Positions 10,871 through 23,886 of a stretch of DNA of 64,000 bases are shown one piece after another. The stretch lies in contig CDMY01000592.1 in assembly GCA_001179505.1 (NCBI GenBank), positions 248,001 through 312,000 on the forward strand. The letters run 5' to 3'. The first letter of the stretch is position 1. Each line of letters begins with the position of its first letter. The translations under genes were made by a program, and so were the position numbers. The notes under the pieces are model-generated. The model was given only the letters and a program-made list of their open reading frames with translations. It was not told where the DNA came from and searched no databases. This DNA is from Vitrella brassicaformis CCMP3155. Lineage: Eukaryota > Protista > Chromerida.

Positions 10871-13800
10871 TTACTCCTCTCTCCGGTCCTCAGTGGTAGT
10901 TATCGTGTATTTGCCCTTCCCGCGCCCGCGCCCGCGCCCGCGCTTGTGCTTCGGCTTCACCTCCTCCTCTTCTTCTTCCTCTTCCTCCGCGTGCTCCTTC
11001 CCGGGCTCCGTCTCCGTCACCTCCGGCTTGCGCTCTGTCTCGGCCATGTGCTCGATGTACAGGACATCCTCGCAATCAGGCGCCTTGTCCTCCACCCCGC
11101 ATTCCTTGGGCGGCTCCGCGGCAGCGGGGGCGGCAGGCGCCTCTCCGCCCAGCGGGTACGGCTGGCGCTGCCCCTTGGGGTAGTTGACGGTGTACTCATC
11201 CTCCTCGTAGAGTGGGTCGATCTCGGCGTCGATCTCGGCGAGCTTTTGGTTCCTGTCAATGCCTTGCAGACTGGAGTGGAAGAGGCTGCGGACCTCCGGG
11301 TTCTCCTTGTTGTACGGCTGTTTCTCCATGTACTTGTTGAACTCAACCGAGGGCTTCACAACGGGCGCGTTCGCATCGCAAACCGGCAGGTCATTCTGCA
11401 CCACTCACATCGCACGCAGAAACGCGTGACGTGAATACATCCACGTCGGTGCCTCTGTGTGGAGTCTTTTGAAGGAATGGCTGACTGACTGACTGACTGA
11501 CCGGATTCTGGGGTCTGAGCGGGTAGAATGCGGGCATCTTGGGCTTCTGCATAGCACATCGCACCACACGGGCCGCACGAAATACACACGTGTCTGTGTG
11601 TATTGGGCTGAGCGTACCGGCTGCTGTTTGTTGTATGGCTTTCCTCTGAGGTTGCGCAGCCAGTCGACATTGATGACCATCTGCCGTCCATCCACCCATC
11701 CATCCATCCATCCATTGCAGCACAAACAGGCAAGCAAGCGAGCAGTGTGTTTCTCACCTTGACGCCGAAGTGATCGGTGCAGCGGCCCCTGTCATGTCAG
11801 TTACACATGTACAGTTGTGTGCGTTGATTCATTTAGTTGGTTGATTCAGTCAGTCACTGACCCGCCGACCGGCCGATATGTGCTGACTACTTCCACCGAC
11901 CGTATGGCCCTGACACACACAGACAGACGCAATCAATCAAAGATGGAGAGCACATGATTGTCTGTCGACTGAATGAGTGGGTGGCACCTATGTGTGCATA
12001 CGCACATACTTGTATAGGTTCTTGGTGACCAGGATGTGGTCGAGTGGGCCGCCGTCTTGGAAGTGGGTAGGCTTGTCAGCCCACATCTCCTCATCGCTAA
12101 CTGATTGACACCACGCCAACCAATGAAACAAGATGGATGGATGGATGGACAGACAGCATGACATTCATTCATCGGTGTAGGTCTTTGTGTGGTGTGAGAT
12201 GAGGTGCGTACGGACCGTCCCAGTAGCTGGTGCCGCGGTAATTCCGGGGCACTTTCCAGCCCGCATTGGCCAAACGATACTTCAGCGGCCTACACACATG
12301 CACAGACACCACAGACACAGATCCGTCGATGGATATGTGAACTGATGGCATGTGTCCATCTGGCGGCCGTGGGTGCGGGGAAGGAGATACACACCTGGTG
12401 CCCGTGCCCTGGCGCAGAATCGGCAGCGTACGACTGCACGAATGCAGACATACAGCTTGACATGCATAGGTGGATTCAGTCACGAATGGTCTGCCTGACC
12501 TGTTTGGAACGTAGTAGTCCTTTGCCTTCCCAGGTGACGTGTAGAAGGGCTCCCCAGTCTTGGGGTGCGGCGTCTCGTAATCCTGCAGACAGACAGACAG
12601 ACAGATCGATAGGACGATGGACGCACACACCTCACACCCACACAACACAGCCGCCTGCCCTCCTGCCCGATCGTTGTGGGTCAGCTGACGTACGTTGAAG
12701 TCTCCAATGATGATGAGCTCGTCGGGAGGATAGCCACTGCTTTTCGTCTTCTTCGCCATGTGATTCTCGATGAAATCAGACACGGCTATGGCCTGCAGAC
12801 ATGCAAACAAACCAACAAATGACATGTACATGTACGTGTAAGAATGCGTACACGCATGCAGTATGTGTACATATATGTTACTGTACATGTGCGTGCGCGT
12901 GCGTACCTCTGCCTCCCGCTGTGAGCATTCGTGTGCGGGTGGGTCGGGTTTGGGGATGGCCTTGAGGTGCAGCCCGATCATCCCCACCTTGATGTCATCC
13001 AGGTTGAACCGAGCGTACCAGAAACGGTACTGCAGGAGTCAGACATCCATCCATTTATCCATCCATCCATCCATCCGTGTCAAGCTGGGTGGCTTGGTGA
13101 GATGGGTGAGGTCTTTGTCTCACCGGTTCCGCTATTTTGTCATTGGGACTGGGTTTGTGGCCGCACCCAGACATAGCATCGGGGAGACGATCGCCCTGCA
13201 TACGCAAATGCAGGGGCGCAGGGGAAGCGCAAACACACCCACATATGCATTTCCGCTCGCTGGCTGGCTTGGCGGCCTTGCTTTGGTGATGGCGTGCTTA
13301 CCGGTCCATCGAATGGCCTGATCATTGTCTTCTTCGCCCACAGATTCACCTTGGACAACACACCACTGCACAGAACCACGTTCACAGGAGGACACACGGA
13401 CAGGCAGGCAGGCAGACAGACAGACCAATCCACGTACGTAGTACATCAATGGGTGGACGTGGGGTGCGTCTGTGCGTGCATACCAGTGGTGGTTGCCGAA
13501 AGGGGGAAACCTTTCTTTACCCCCGGGGTTGGGTCCTGGTTTGAGCCCTCCCTTCATGAACTGTTGGACCATGAAGGGCCTGTACTGCGCCTTGCTCTCC
13601 TCGGTCATCGCGTCACGGATGTCATACAACGTGTTGCAGTCACCCAGCTGACACACACACAGATACCCATACACACACACACACGCAGACACACACACAC
13701 ACACACACACAGAGAGCGAGACAGGGGGGCGAGTCCGTCGGTTCGTCGAATCGTGTGATGTCGGACAAAAGTATGTGGTGTGAATGTGTGGCCTGGGTGT

Positions 13801-15204
13801 TGGTTCGGTGGTACCTCGACGAGGTGAACGATGTCCGGGTTGTGCTCTTCGATGACGCGGGCGATGTTCTTGTAGTGGTCCTTGATGGCCGTGTCGTAGT
13901 TGGGCTGGCCGGGCTTGTCGTACCACGCACACTCACTGGATCCAGGCGCATGGATGGATGGATGGATGGATGGGTGAATTGGACACACACAGACAGAAAA
14001 TGCGTATATCCAACCAACGAACGAACGGTTGAGGTGCCGTGTAGTGTCATGTCGCTCACAGTTTGTCTTTTTTGGAGTTTCTTCGCCTTGTGTTTCTCTG
14101 TGTTCCCGACTCTCGCCCACCAGCTGTCTTCGGACATCCATTTGGGGCGGTACTTCTTGGGATCGCTGCAGATCTGCTTGTAGTACTCAATTGGCCATGT
14201 CCACTCAGCGTTCTGTCGAGGACCGACCGACCCACACAGACGTGCCCACACGGACAACAAGACAGACAGACGGAGAGATGGACGGATGTGTGTATGTGTC
14301 CGTGTGTGTGATGTTGTGTTGTGTTGTGTTGTGTTGCGGGCGTCAGCTCAATCACTCACCAGTTGCATGATGACGATGTGGCTCTCTTGCCAGACTTTCG
14401 TGGGCAGCCTGAAGTCGCCTTCGTCCGTGATGTTTTGTCTGCCAATTGCGACTTTGTTGAGAAGCTTTTCCGGCGCAGGAATCGGGCAGTACTGCAGCCC
14501 CGCCCAACACAAACGCACCACACGTAGACAAATCAGCGCATCGCATCGAGTCCCAACCCCCAATCTGCTGACCAACTTGTCGTATTGAAATTTGTGTTGT
14601 TTCGGGTTGTGGAGGTAGGGGTCGTACTGCATGGGCCAGTCAGGCCCATAGCCCTGATGCGACTCGGACTCCACCAAGGAAGCCGCCGCTGCATGGTAAC
14701 CATACACACAGGCCACATGGCATTCCATCCATCCCCCATATCCATAGATGCATCCATCCGTCCGTCCGTCCATCCATCCATCCATCCCACCATCCCTTCT
14801 GTGTCGTCACATACCGGCAAGTCGCTGTGCGGTGTCATTTATAGACCGGCTGCTGCCGTGGATGGACCTGACACCCTCATCGATGAGCCGCCGGGTCGCC
14901 TCGATGTCATCCGCCAGCCGCCTGAGCTGCTCCGCCGCTCCTGCGCCCTCACCCTCCTCCAGAAAAGATAACGATCCGCCTGCACCCGCCACACACACAA
15001 CATGGCTAGATTCACCCATCCCCAGACCCCCCATCGTGACCGCCGATGTATCTGTGGTGCATTACCGCTCTGGTCTGTCCATTCTCCGCTGTCCACGGGG
15101 CAGTCTGCGCCTTCGCACTCGATGGAGGCGGGTGCGACGGGAGGAGTGAACAAACACACAGCGGATACCACAGCAGCTAACGAAAGGAGCAACGGACGCG
15201 CCAT
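10871..15204 (-). CDS. secreted endonuclease/exonuclease/phosphatase (EEP) family protein with acidic and RG-repeat tail
   Basis: signal peptide MARPLLLSLAAVVSAVCLF; EEP motifs MQL|NAEW, PDIVHLVE, GLHLKA, IIIGDFN, LDHILV, TDH reconstructed across about 17 exons in consistent phase. Confidence 0.8.
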
Positions 15205-15238
15205 CTTTGGCGAACGGCCGGATCCCTCAGGACAGGAT

Positions 15239-15246
15239 TGCGAGCT
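15239..15246 (+). promoter_or_regulatory. TGCGAGCT motif copy 3
   Basis: in the 66-nt gap between ATGs 15204(-) and 15271(+). Confidence 0.6.
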
Positions 15247-15270
15247 TGACCCTCGCGGCGCAGTTGATTC

Positions 15271-18200
15271 ATGGCTGAAAACGAAGCAGTTGACGAACCC
15301 CCTGTGGCTGAAAACGAGCCGACTGAGGAGGGTGACCATCCGTCTGCCGATGTGGGGCATGGAGATGAGGACACCGGAGGCGGGGGGGAGAGGAAGGTCG
15401 ACGAGGAGGCTGGGGGGGACGAGGGAGCCGATGAAGGCAGCCCGGAAGGAGCAGAAGCTGAAGGTCTGGCTGGTGAAGAGGCCCGTGAAGAACCGCCTGT
15501 AGTTGGGGAGGAGACCGGTGCGGATCAGGAGGGCGAGGCTGAGGGGAAGGCTGAGGGAGAGGCCGAGGGGGAGGCTGAGGGTGAGGCTGAGGGTGGGGCC
15601 GATGAGACCAAGGAGGACACGACACACCAAGAGCAGGACCAGGGCCAGAAGCAACCTGCCGCCGACCAAGAGGAGGTACCCTGTCGCCCCTCCCCACACA
15701 TGATGATGATCCATCTCTCTATCTCTGTTGTCTCCTGAACAGGCGCCCCCAGAACCAGAGCATCATGCAGACAAGCCGGCGGCTGATGAGGCACATGGTG
15801 AGCAGCCCGCGGAGCGTGGCGAGGCCGAGATTGAAGACCGACAGCCTGGGGACCATGCGGAAGCGCCCCAGTCGCCGGAGGCGCAGGATAAGACAGTCCA
15901 CCAAGACAAGCATGAGGCGAAGGCTGCTGTCATGGGCAAGGTGGGCCATGGCGTGACCGACAAACCACAGCTGCAACAGCCAACCGTAGACAAGAAAAAG
16001 GTCAGGACGGAAGGAGGAGCCCGACACAATGACAATTCCAGTCTCGTTGTATCTCTTTGCAACCCTCCCATGATGCAGCAGCCCGAGAAGCAGCCCGTGC
16101 AGCAGTCGGCCAAGGAGGCCAGTGGTGCGACGGCGGAGAGGGGCAAGATGGATAGGACCGACACCGACGACCGCATGGACGAGGTGGCCGAGCCGCTCGA
16201 GGGCTTCAGCGGCCCATCACTCAAGCTCCGCACAACCGTCATCCACAGCATCCAGCAGTACAGCGAGATCATTTCCAAGACACGCAACCAACTCGACATA
16301 CAGCTCATCATGTATGTGGCCGAAGGGAAGACATACGTGGGATGCACTGTATCCCTCATCTGTTTTGCCCGCGCCTTGTTTAGGCCAATTCTGCGGACTT
16401 TGGAGGTCCAGTTGCGAGCCATCGAGGCGGGCGCTCAGGCACAGGACACCCATACTGGCAAGCTGCACAGAAACACTCGCTAAATCGATGGCTCCATATG
16501 TTTTGTTGGGTCAGAATTCCGTCGTAAGGAGCACCACCGCCCTGCTGTTGGCATAGAGGGCGCGGCCATGATCAGTGGGCGGCAGCTCAAAGCCTTGCAA
16601 GAGATTTTCCTCTTCTACTCCAGACAACAGGTACACTCACACACATACAGAGGGAGAGAGACAAGGGTATCTATCCGTGGGTATGGCTGACTGCCATGTG
16701 CGTACATTGCAGGGTCACAAGGATGCAGTTGGTGCCAACTTCAGGGTGCAGGGCACCTTTGACGTCATAGCGCGCCAAACGACATCACTCAGCCTCTCGG
16801 AGTTCATCAAGCTGCTCAAGGTCAGACAGACACCGCAAGCCAGCCAGCCTTCCATACATGCACAACAGCATGTGTGTGTGGTGCATGTCAGGACTTCGCT
16901 TTGTATGAGACGGTGCTCAACAAAGAGGAGGCCACGGGGGCGTTCCACAGCGCATCCAAGGGCAACAAATACCTCGACTTCCAACAGTTCAAGGTAGGTG
17001 GATGCGTATCCATATCCGCCGTCGGCTCTCGGCCCTCACGCACACATGGCTGTTTTTGTCTCTTCTCTCGTACACAGGCGTGTCTGTTGAAGTGTGCGAG
17101 TGTCGGCTTCACCAGGCCCCCACACAACATCCCACCCAACGGTCGGTGACGAGACATCAACCAAACACGCCAACACTACCTGCTCGCCATGTCATGCCTC
17201 AATCTCTCCGGTGTTCCTTCATGCAGATGAGGCCAAGGTACGCCTCCGCCTCTTCAAATGGATGGACGTGAATGACCCTGACTCCTACCGGTCGGTATGC
17301 ACGTGGCTGGCTGGCTGGCTGCCAAGCTGGCTGCTCGCCTTCATCATCCGTATGTGTCTCCTTATCCGTCCGTCTGTCTGTGCAATGCAGTGCCAAGATG
17401 AGGCCATTCGGTCAGGCGTTCGGCGGCGTGGGCCCCAGCAGATCGCCGAAATACGCCCCAGCTGCGGGCTTCTCTCCTGGCAAAGCGCCTTTCGTGTAGG
17501 CCAACACCACACACACACATCTCCCTGTGTGTGTGTGTGTGCATGAGACGTATGTATGTATGCAGCCATTCGAGTGCGTCAATGCCCGGCCCGCCTTCGT
17601 TTTTGTCGCGCGAGGCCAACAAAGCTCACAGCCAGAGCCCCACAGCAGGTAGCTAGCTCATGACAATGGGACATCCTGCCAACGAACCACGTGGCAAATT
17701 AATAGGTTTGTGACCCCTTCCTTTGTGTGTCGTGTGGTTCCTCCCTCCCTCCCTCCTTTCCGTTCCTCCGTTTCTTCCTTGCTGTTAGGTGGTCGTAAGT
17801 TGCTGCGTCCTTTGAGCCACAAGCTCTACGACAACAGCCCGCTCCAACTCGAACACGACGACCCCATACGGTCAGTGGATGGCATGTGACGCTGAGCAAA
17901 CACACACCGCATCCACATGACATGACACTCCCCTATTCCATTCCTCGTTTCATGCATTCGTTCATGGATCAGTGGCACTCCGTTGACTGATGGTGGCGCC
18001 GGTGCCCCCCGCCGTGTGCTCAAGAAAAAGCAGCAGCAGCGCCCCCGGCAGGACATGAGCCTCCCCCCGGCTGCACGAGACCCAGCCGCGTATGCGCAGA
18101 ACCGCCGGCAGTCAGATGAGTACGGCTATGGCGGCTCGGGCGAGGAGGGGGAGACCGGCCGACATGGACAGCAGCAGTACCACCACCATAACCATGACGA

Positions 18201-18531
18201 AATGGCGACCAATGAGGAGATTCAGTCGATGTTCAGCCCCCCGGCATCCACTGTGCAAGGTGACTCCTGAGACACCCACCACACGGAGCCAGCCAGCCAG
18301 CCATCCATGGATGCATCTATGTGTGTCGTTCCCGTATCCATACTGAATCCAGGCGGCCATCAGCACCCAGGCTACAGCCAGGAGGAACAACGCGTAAGAG
18401 ACACACGTGACACGATATGATCTGTCTCTGACGGCTGGATTGTGTCTGTCTTTGTCCCTACGCAGGCTTTGCAGATGATGGATCGTCAGGCGGAAAGAAA
18501 CGACGCCATTGCTGCCAAGTATAAGGCGTGA
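15271..18531 (+). CDS. protein with long acidic N-terminus (GEAE repeats) and a p25alpha/EF-hand-like helical domain
   Basis: spliced SLSEFIKLLK|DFALYETVLNKEEATGAFHSASKGNKYLDFQQFK|ACLLKCA resembles TPPP/p25alpha-type folds; last exon ..DAIAAKYKA*. Confidence 0.55.
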
Positions 18532-18595
18532 TCGAGACACGCATGCCTCCGTATTGTATTGTTGCCCCTATAATTGTATCCACCCACCCACACAC

Positions 18596-19556
18596 TCATA
18601 CACACATTCCGGCCCGGCTGACTGATGCGACCTGTTGCAAGGGAGGGAGGGACGGAGAGGGAAAGGGGGCATCTGCATATTTTTGCTGTCCGCAATAGAA
18701 GGAAGGCTCATCTACGTCAGTCATCATTTTCTCGCTGTCTTGCTGTTGTTCTGGCATGTATGTCATGGATGGCTGGCCCCTTATCCGTCTTGCTATTTCC
18801 GGCGTAAGTATGCTAATCAAACACAGCCCATAGATAGCCGTAATACCTACATAAGTGAGTACGTACGCCCCCGCGGCCCGTGCGACTTCCCGACTGACTT
18901 GCCTGGTGATGGACTTGGCGGGCGATGAATCGACACAACAAGGTGCGTGCGCGTGGCAGTGGGGCACACAAGGAGGGGGGAGGGAGGGCGACCTTCCATG
19001 ATAGCCGTGGTATCCCCGATAGCCGACTGTCTGCTCGGGCAGAGAGCTTCCGCCCGAGGTGCCCTCCCCGGCCTCATCTTTGCCCCACAGTCCGGTCTGA
19101 TAGATGGAGGCAAACTTGCTGCCGAGAGCCGATATGTCTTCGACTGTGCCGTCGTCCTCCGCAGAGCCACTGTCTCCGCCCTTGGGTGAGTCGCCAGCGG
19201 CGCCCCCCGCAGCTGTACCATGCTCATGAAAGCTGCTGTCAGTGCCGTTTCCTTGACCATGACAAGTCTGACGGCCTGCACATCACATCAAGGCAAGGAA
19301 GACGAAGACAATCGGACCACCACCATTTATCCGTTTCCTCACCTGTCCGAGGGTGTCCGCCATTTCTGCGTGTTGCTTTCCTTCGCATTCTCTTCCACCC
19401 AGAGGGCCTCTCCAGTTTGCGGAGCATTGTCTCGGTGCTGTTTGCAGAGGAGGGGGCGAGGGAGCGATGTGGCGAGCAGCTCCCCCACACATGAGCGGCC
19501 AACAGGAGCCATAGAACTGAGCTCTGGGCTGTAAAGGGGGGCCACGTTAGCACCAT
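18596..19556 (-). CDS. hypothetical protein with signal peptide and a methyltransferase-N-terminus-like motif
   Basis: MVLTWPP..VLWLLLAAHVWG; GT-AG intron 19276-19345 leads into open frame KFASIYQTGLWGKDEAGEGTSGGSSLPEQTVGYR, which is absent from the ORF track. Confidence 0.4.
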
Positions 19557-19900
19557 CTCTGGGCGCAGCAGTTGGACGTGTGCAGCTGCGCAGTCAGTTG
19601 CGACAGTCGAGCCACAAGTTGATACAGTGCAGATGGCGGCGTGCTCCCAACGCTCCGCCCCACCTGGAAGCAAATTTCAGGAAGGTCGCGACCGGCGTGA
19701 GACGACCCCCACCGGCTCGTCTCCCCCCCCCCTGGACTCCGTGAGAATGATATGTATGAATATGTGCCGCCATTCCAGGCAGGGTCGTATGTACACCTTT
19801 GGTCCGCATACACATACACACCAACACATGTCAACTTCATCCACAAACCACTCAACAAACATATCTATCTACCCATCCACGGATCTCGTCATCGTCAGCA

Positions 19901-22465
19901 TCAAAATCTGGGGATCAGGTTGGGCAGGGGGCTGGGCGGCGGCCTCCCGAGCACTGTCGAGTAGGTGTTCCTCAAACCCTTCAGCACCCTCTTGCCAAGC
20001 TGCACCTGCACCTCGTCCTCCTCGGTGTCGAGAATCTACACACCACACACACGAGGGATGGCTGTGGGTCTCGAGTTTGTGTCACTCATTGCTTACGGTT
20101 GCCGTCTTGCCCTGGCCGAGTGCCGTGACGGCCAGGTTGGCGGCGGCGAGGCCACTCACGTAAGCGCGCTCTTGCGACAGACCCTGAGTAGGTGTCCATG
20201 TGTGTGTGTGCATCTCTCTGTGTGTGTGTGTACCTGTGCGCCGTGTTTGAGCCTGACCCAGTCGCCCGCAAGGAAGAGGTTGTTGATGGAGGTCGTCTGT
20301 GTGGGCCTGTTGGCGTAGGTTCCTGGCGCAAACGCTGTCACTGCTTGGGGGAAGCGAAGGACAGCAGAGTCCACAACTTTCGCGGAAGACACCTCAGGCT
20401 TCACAGTGGACAGCATGGAGAAGATCTGGCAAAGCGAGCAACAAAGACACAGCAGGGGGATTCATTCACTCAATCGCACACACATTCACACACCTTTCCG
20501 ACGATCTGCTCATCCGAAAGGGGCAGCAGCTCGGCGGCATGGTAGAAGTCACACGCCACCACGGAGCCCTCGGCATCCCGATACTCGTCCTGCAAATCGT
20601 TTAGGTGGAAGAACGTCCCGCCAACCGTCTCGTCAAAGCCTGCATGAAAAGGAGGGGTCGTGACAATCATACGTACACCGAGGGCTGCTGTGCATCCATG
20701 TTGGTCACCTGAGAAGACATTTGACGGATATTCGAAATCGATCTTTTTGTCCAGCCACACCCGCGTCGAGATGACGTCGAGCGACTTCAGATTCATCACC
20801 TGCACAGACAGACGCGACGAAAACATGGCAACCATTACTTGCACCTTCTCTCTTGTCTGCGACCTACCTTTCTGAACTCTGGCCGCTTAAGCGACGGCGA
20901 CTGAGTCACCAGCTGCAGCAAAGCACAGCATAGAACATCAGCTGACAGAGACGCCGTGTGTGAAAGCACATACACACCTTTTTCATGGCGTTTATCCCCA
21001 CAGCCATGACGACGGCATCCGTTTCGAACACCCTTTCCTCGCCACTGGCGGCATCCTTCGCCATCACACGACGAACCGCACCACTGAAGAAAACAAAAAG
21101 AGAGGCGAAGCGAGCAAATCCGTTGAGATCGACGGCTTTCTTGCACGTGGCTGACGTTTGTTCGTCGACGTCGATGCTGGTGACGAACTGGCCGCCCTTG
21201 ACAGTGCCCCCCGAGCTTTCAATGCGGGACACCAATGGCATGAAGATCCGCTCGCTGAGTGTGCCGCGGCACCACGCGACGTCAAAGTCATATTGGTGCC
21301 CCAACACATAAAAGTATAGCATCCCCAGCGTCACTGATGACCACACGTGGATGCCGAGAAGGTCGTTCCATGAATCCTGTCCGTGCGCCCCTACCTGCTG
21401 CTGACAGCTCTTCAGGCGGCGCAAACAGGCCGACAAGGAGGATGGGTCGCAGGAACTCCTCGTATAACCTGCAGGCACACACAAATACGGAGAGGGGTTC
21501 GAACACTACATTTCCTAGACGCCACGAACAATTCACCTGTCAGAGACGCCGAATCGCCGGAAAAGCTCATGGGCGCTGAGCTTGTCGTATTCCCTGTAGG
21601 CGTCGTCGTCAATATCATGCTCTAGGACAGCAGTCAGCAGTGGGAGCATCGAGGCTCGGTCAGCCAAGGGGAGGTTCCGGAACCGATAATCGCCAAATGA
21701 CGTATAGTACATGAGTCCGAGCGGCGAGGGAAACCGCTGTCTGTTCTGCATCACGGGGGCGACACATTGCAGGCCAGATGGGGACCAGAGGCCGCTCTGT
21801 AAATATTTCAAGGCACATACGCACAAGGCACATCAGAAGACCCGCTCTGCATCCATTCGGTTCGGTGTCTGCAGCCCACCTCAGTGCATTCGGTGAGAGG
21901 CCAGGGTGTGATCTTGAGGTCGTCATGTATCAGGGAGAAGATATTTGGATACTGGTACCTGGCAGACAGTCACATTTCCTTATTTCCTTTTCTTCCTTTC
22001 TCTCTCTCTCCCTCTTGGTCCATACCAGAATCCTTTGATGCCCGCTTCCACAGTCCGCCCCTCCTTGGTCCTCCAGCCACTCGACAGCCCCCCGGGATTT
22101 GGACTCGCGTCTAACAAAGTCACATCATATCCTTCTTCTGCCAGATGCTTCGCAGCACCGAACCCTGCCCACCCGCCGCCAACCACGACAACTCGCTTCC
22201 TCTTATCTGTCGGGCTTTCCATCGGTGGCCTTGGCCCCTCTGTTTCCGGCACTTGCGTTGATGCGTCATCAGCAGCAGCTGAAAGCCGCCTCAGTGCATG
22301 ACGGGATGTGCGCTGGAGGGAGGGAAGGGGAGCAATGAAGGCAGCGGGCGCACGCTGGTCACAGGCGAGAATGGATTGGGTGACCTGAACGACGAGAGAG
22401 ATGAGAATGGCTGGCAGGGCTGTCCATCTGCATTGCAGTTGGCACGAGATCTGACACGTCAGCAT
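19901..22465 (-). CDS. plastid-targeted FAD-dependent oxidoreductase (amine oxidase / zeta-carotene desaturase / HpnE-like, cyanobacterial-algal subfamily)
   Basis: VVVVGGGWAG Rossmann motif, EAGIKGFW|YQYPNIF, ILLVGLFAPPEELSAA, FDVAWCRGT, LFLAGDWV, SQERAYVSGLAAAN; leader = hydrophobic signal + AAF-IAP + basic transit region. Confidence 0.9.
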
Positions 22466-22513
22466 CGTCCAATGGCCTTTGCCGAACAGAAGTGCTCAGG
22501 GAGGGCCTTCTTC

Positions 22514-22521
22514 TGCGAGCT
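22514..22521 (+). promoter_or_regulatory. TGCGAGCT motif copy 4
   Basis: in the 111-nt gap between ATGs 22465(-) and 22577(+). Confidence 0.6.
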
Positions 22522-22576
22522 AATGTGTAGGGCATTCATGAAACCGCCAATGCGGAAGGCAACAAAAGCGACAGAG

Positions 22577-23563
22577 ATGGCACTAGCAGTCGAGACCCCT
22601 ATCGTCCCTCCTGATCACTTCTTTGTGAGCGCATATTCGCCCTACAGTCCTCAGCCAGACTCAGACTCGGCCAAGTTTCTCTCCTTCAGTGCTGGCGACC
22701 TCATCAAGGTGACACACACACACATACACAACACCGCACGCAACACAGACGTGCCAACAAGGTCAATCCTTCGTCCCTCCTTGTTTTGTGTTGTGTTGTG
22801 TTGCGTTGTGTTTGTTGCTTCATTCAGGTGACATGGTGGAACAAGACTGGGTGGTGGTGGGGCGAGTGCAAGGACCGCAAGGGCTGGTTCCCGTCCAACT
22901 ACACGCAGCCGGCGCCCGCGGGTGCATCATCGTACTCTCAGGCGGCTGTCGCGGCAGGTGGTCAACCTGTGCAGCCTCCGGCGGCCAAGACGGAGCAGCG
23001 GATAGTCAAGAGCAAGGCTAAGGCCAAGGCGAAAGGTGCGGCGGGTGCAGCGGTGGGCGGCAAGCGGAAGTTTTGGAACGACGCACCCGCCATCGAGGAG
23101 CAACCTGCCGTCCCCGAGCAACAGGTGAGAAATGGTCGCACGGATGCATCTGATGGCACTCTTGTGTATGAGGGGTGTGTGTGTGTGTGTGTGTGTGTGT
23201 GTAGGGTCCTGGCTCCGAGTATGCACAGGCGGCATTCTTCAACATCTACTCGGGGAGGGCATCGAACGTCAGCCAATGCGCAGACACACACACAGACTTC
23301 TCAAACATACTCATCATTCATCTGAGTTGCTCTCCCCGCGCGTGTGTGTGTGTGCAGAAGCCGGCACTGGGCCAGAGCATGGCGGACAGGGTACGTGAGC
23401 CACACACACAAGGGCGGGACTCGGTGATGCATGCATGCATGTGTTTCTGTGTGTCATGTGTGAGCAGGCGTGCCGTCAGATGGGTGCGTATTTCGACTAT
23501 GACAAGTGGAACGAGGAGAGGAACAGACAGGCACGCGCCAAGGAGGCCGCCAAAAGACGATGA
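22577..23563 (+). CDS. small SH3-domain protein
   Basis: FVSAYSPY..FLSFSAGDLIK|VTWWNKTGWWWGECKDRKGWFPSNY is a clear SH3; C-terminal RQMGAYFDYDKW motif. Confidence 0.8.
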
Positions 23564-23886
23564 ATGAATGAGATGCATGGCCACCAGGGGCGTATGCATG
23601 TATCGACGCACGGCACGGCGGGCCATTTCTTTTCTCCCGCCGTCTGTCTGTGTCTTTTGGCCATGAGTGACGCTTTGGCCAGCCGATGGATGGATGTGTG
23701 GTACCTACCGTAGCGATTCGTGTGTGTACAGAGAGAGGAAAGACAACGAACTCACCACATGGATGCATGCGTGATCTGAACCAACCATTCCACCCACCCA
23801 CCCACCCCGTATATGCGATGCGACTGACCCCTCAGGTGATGGGGAGTACAGACTTCATTCGTTCGTCCACTTCTTTCTTTCTTGGT

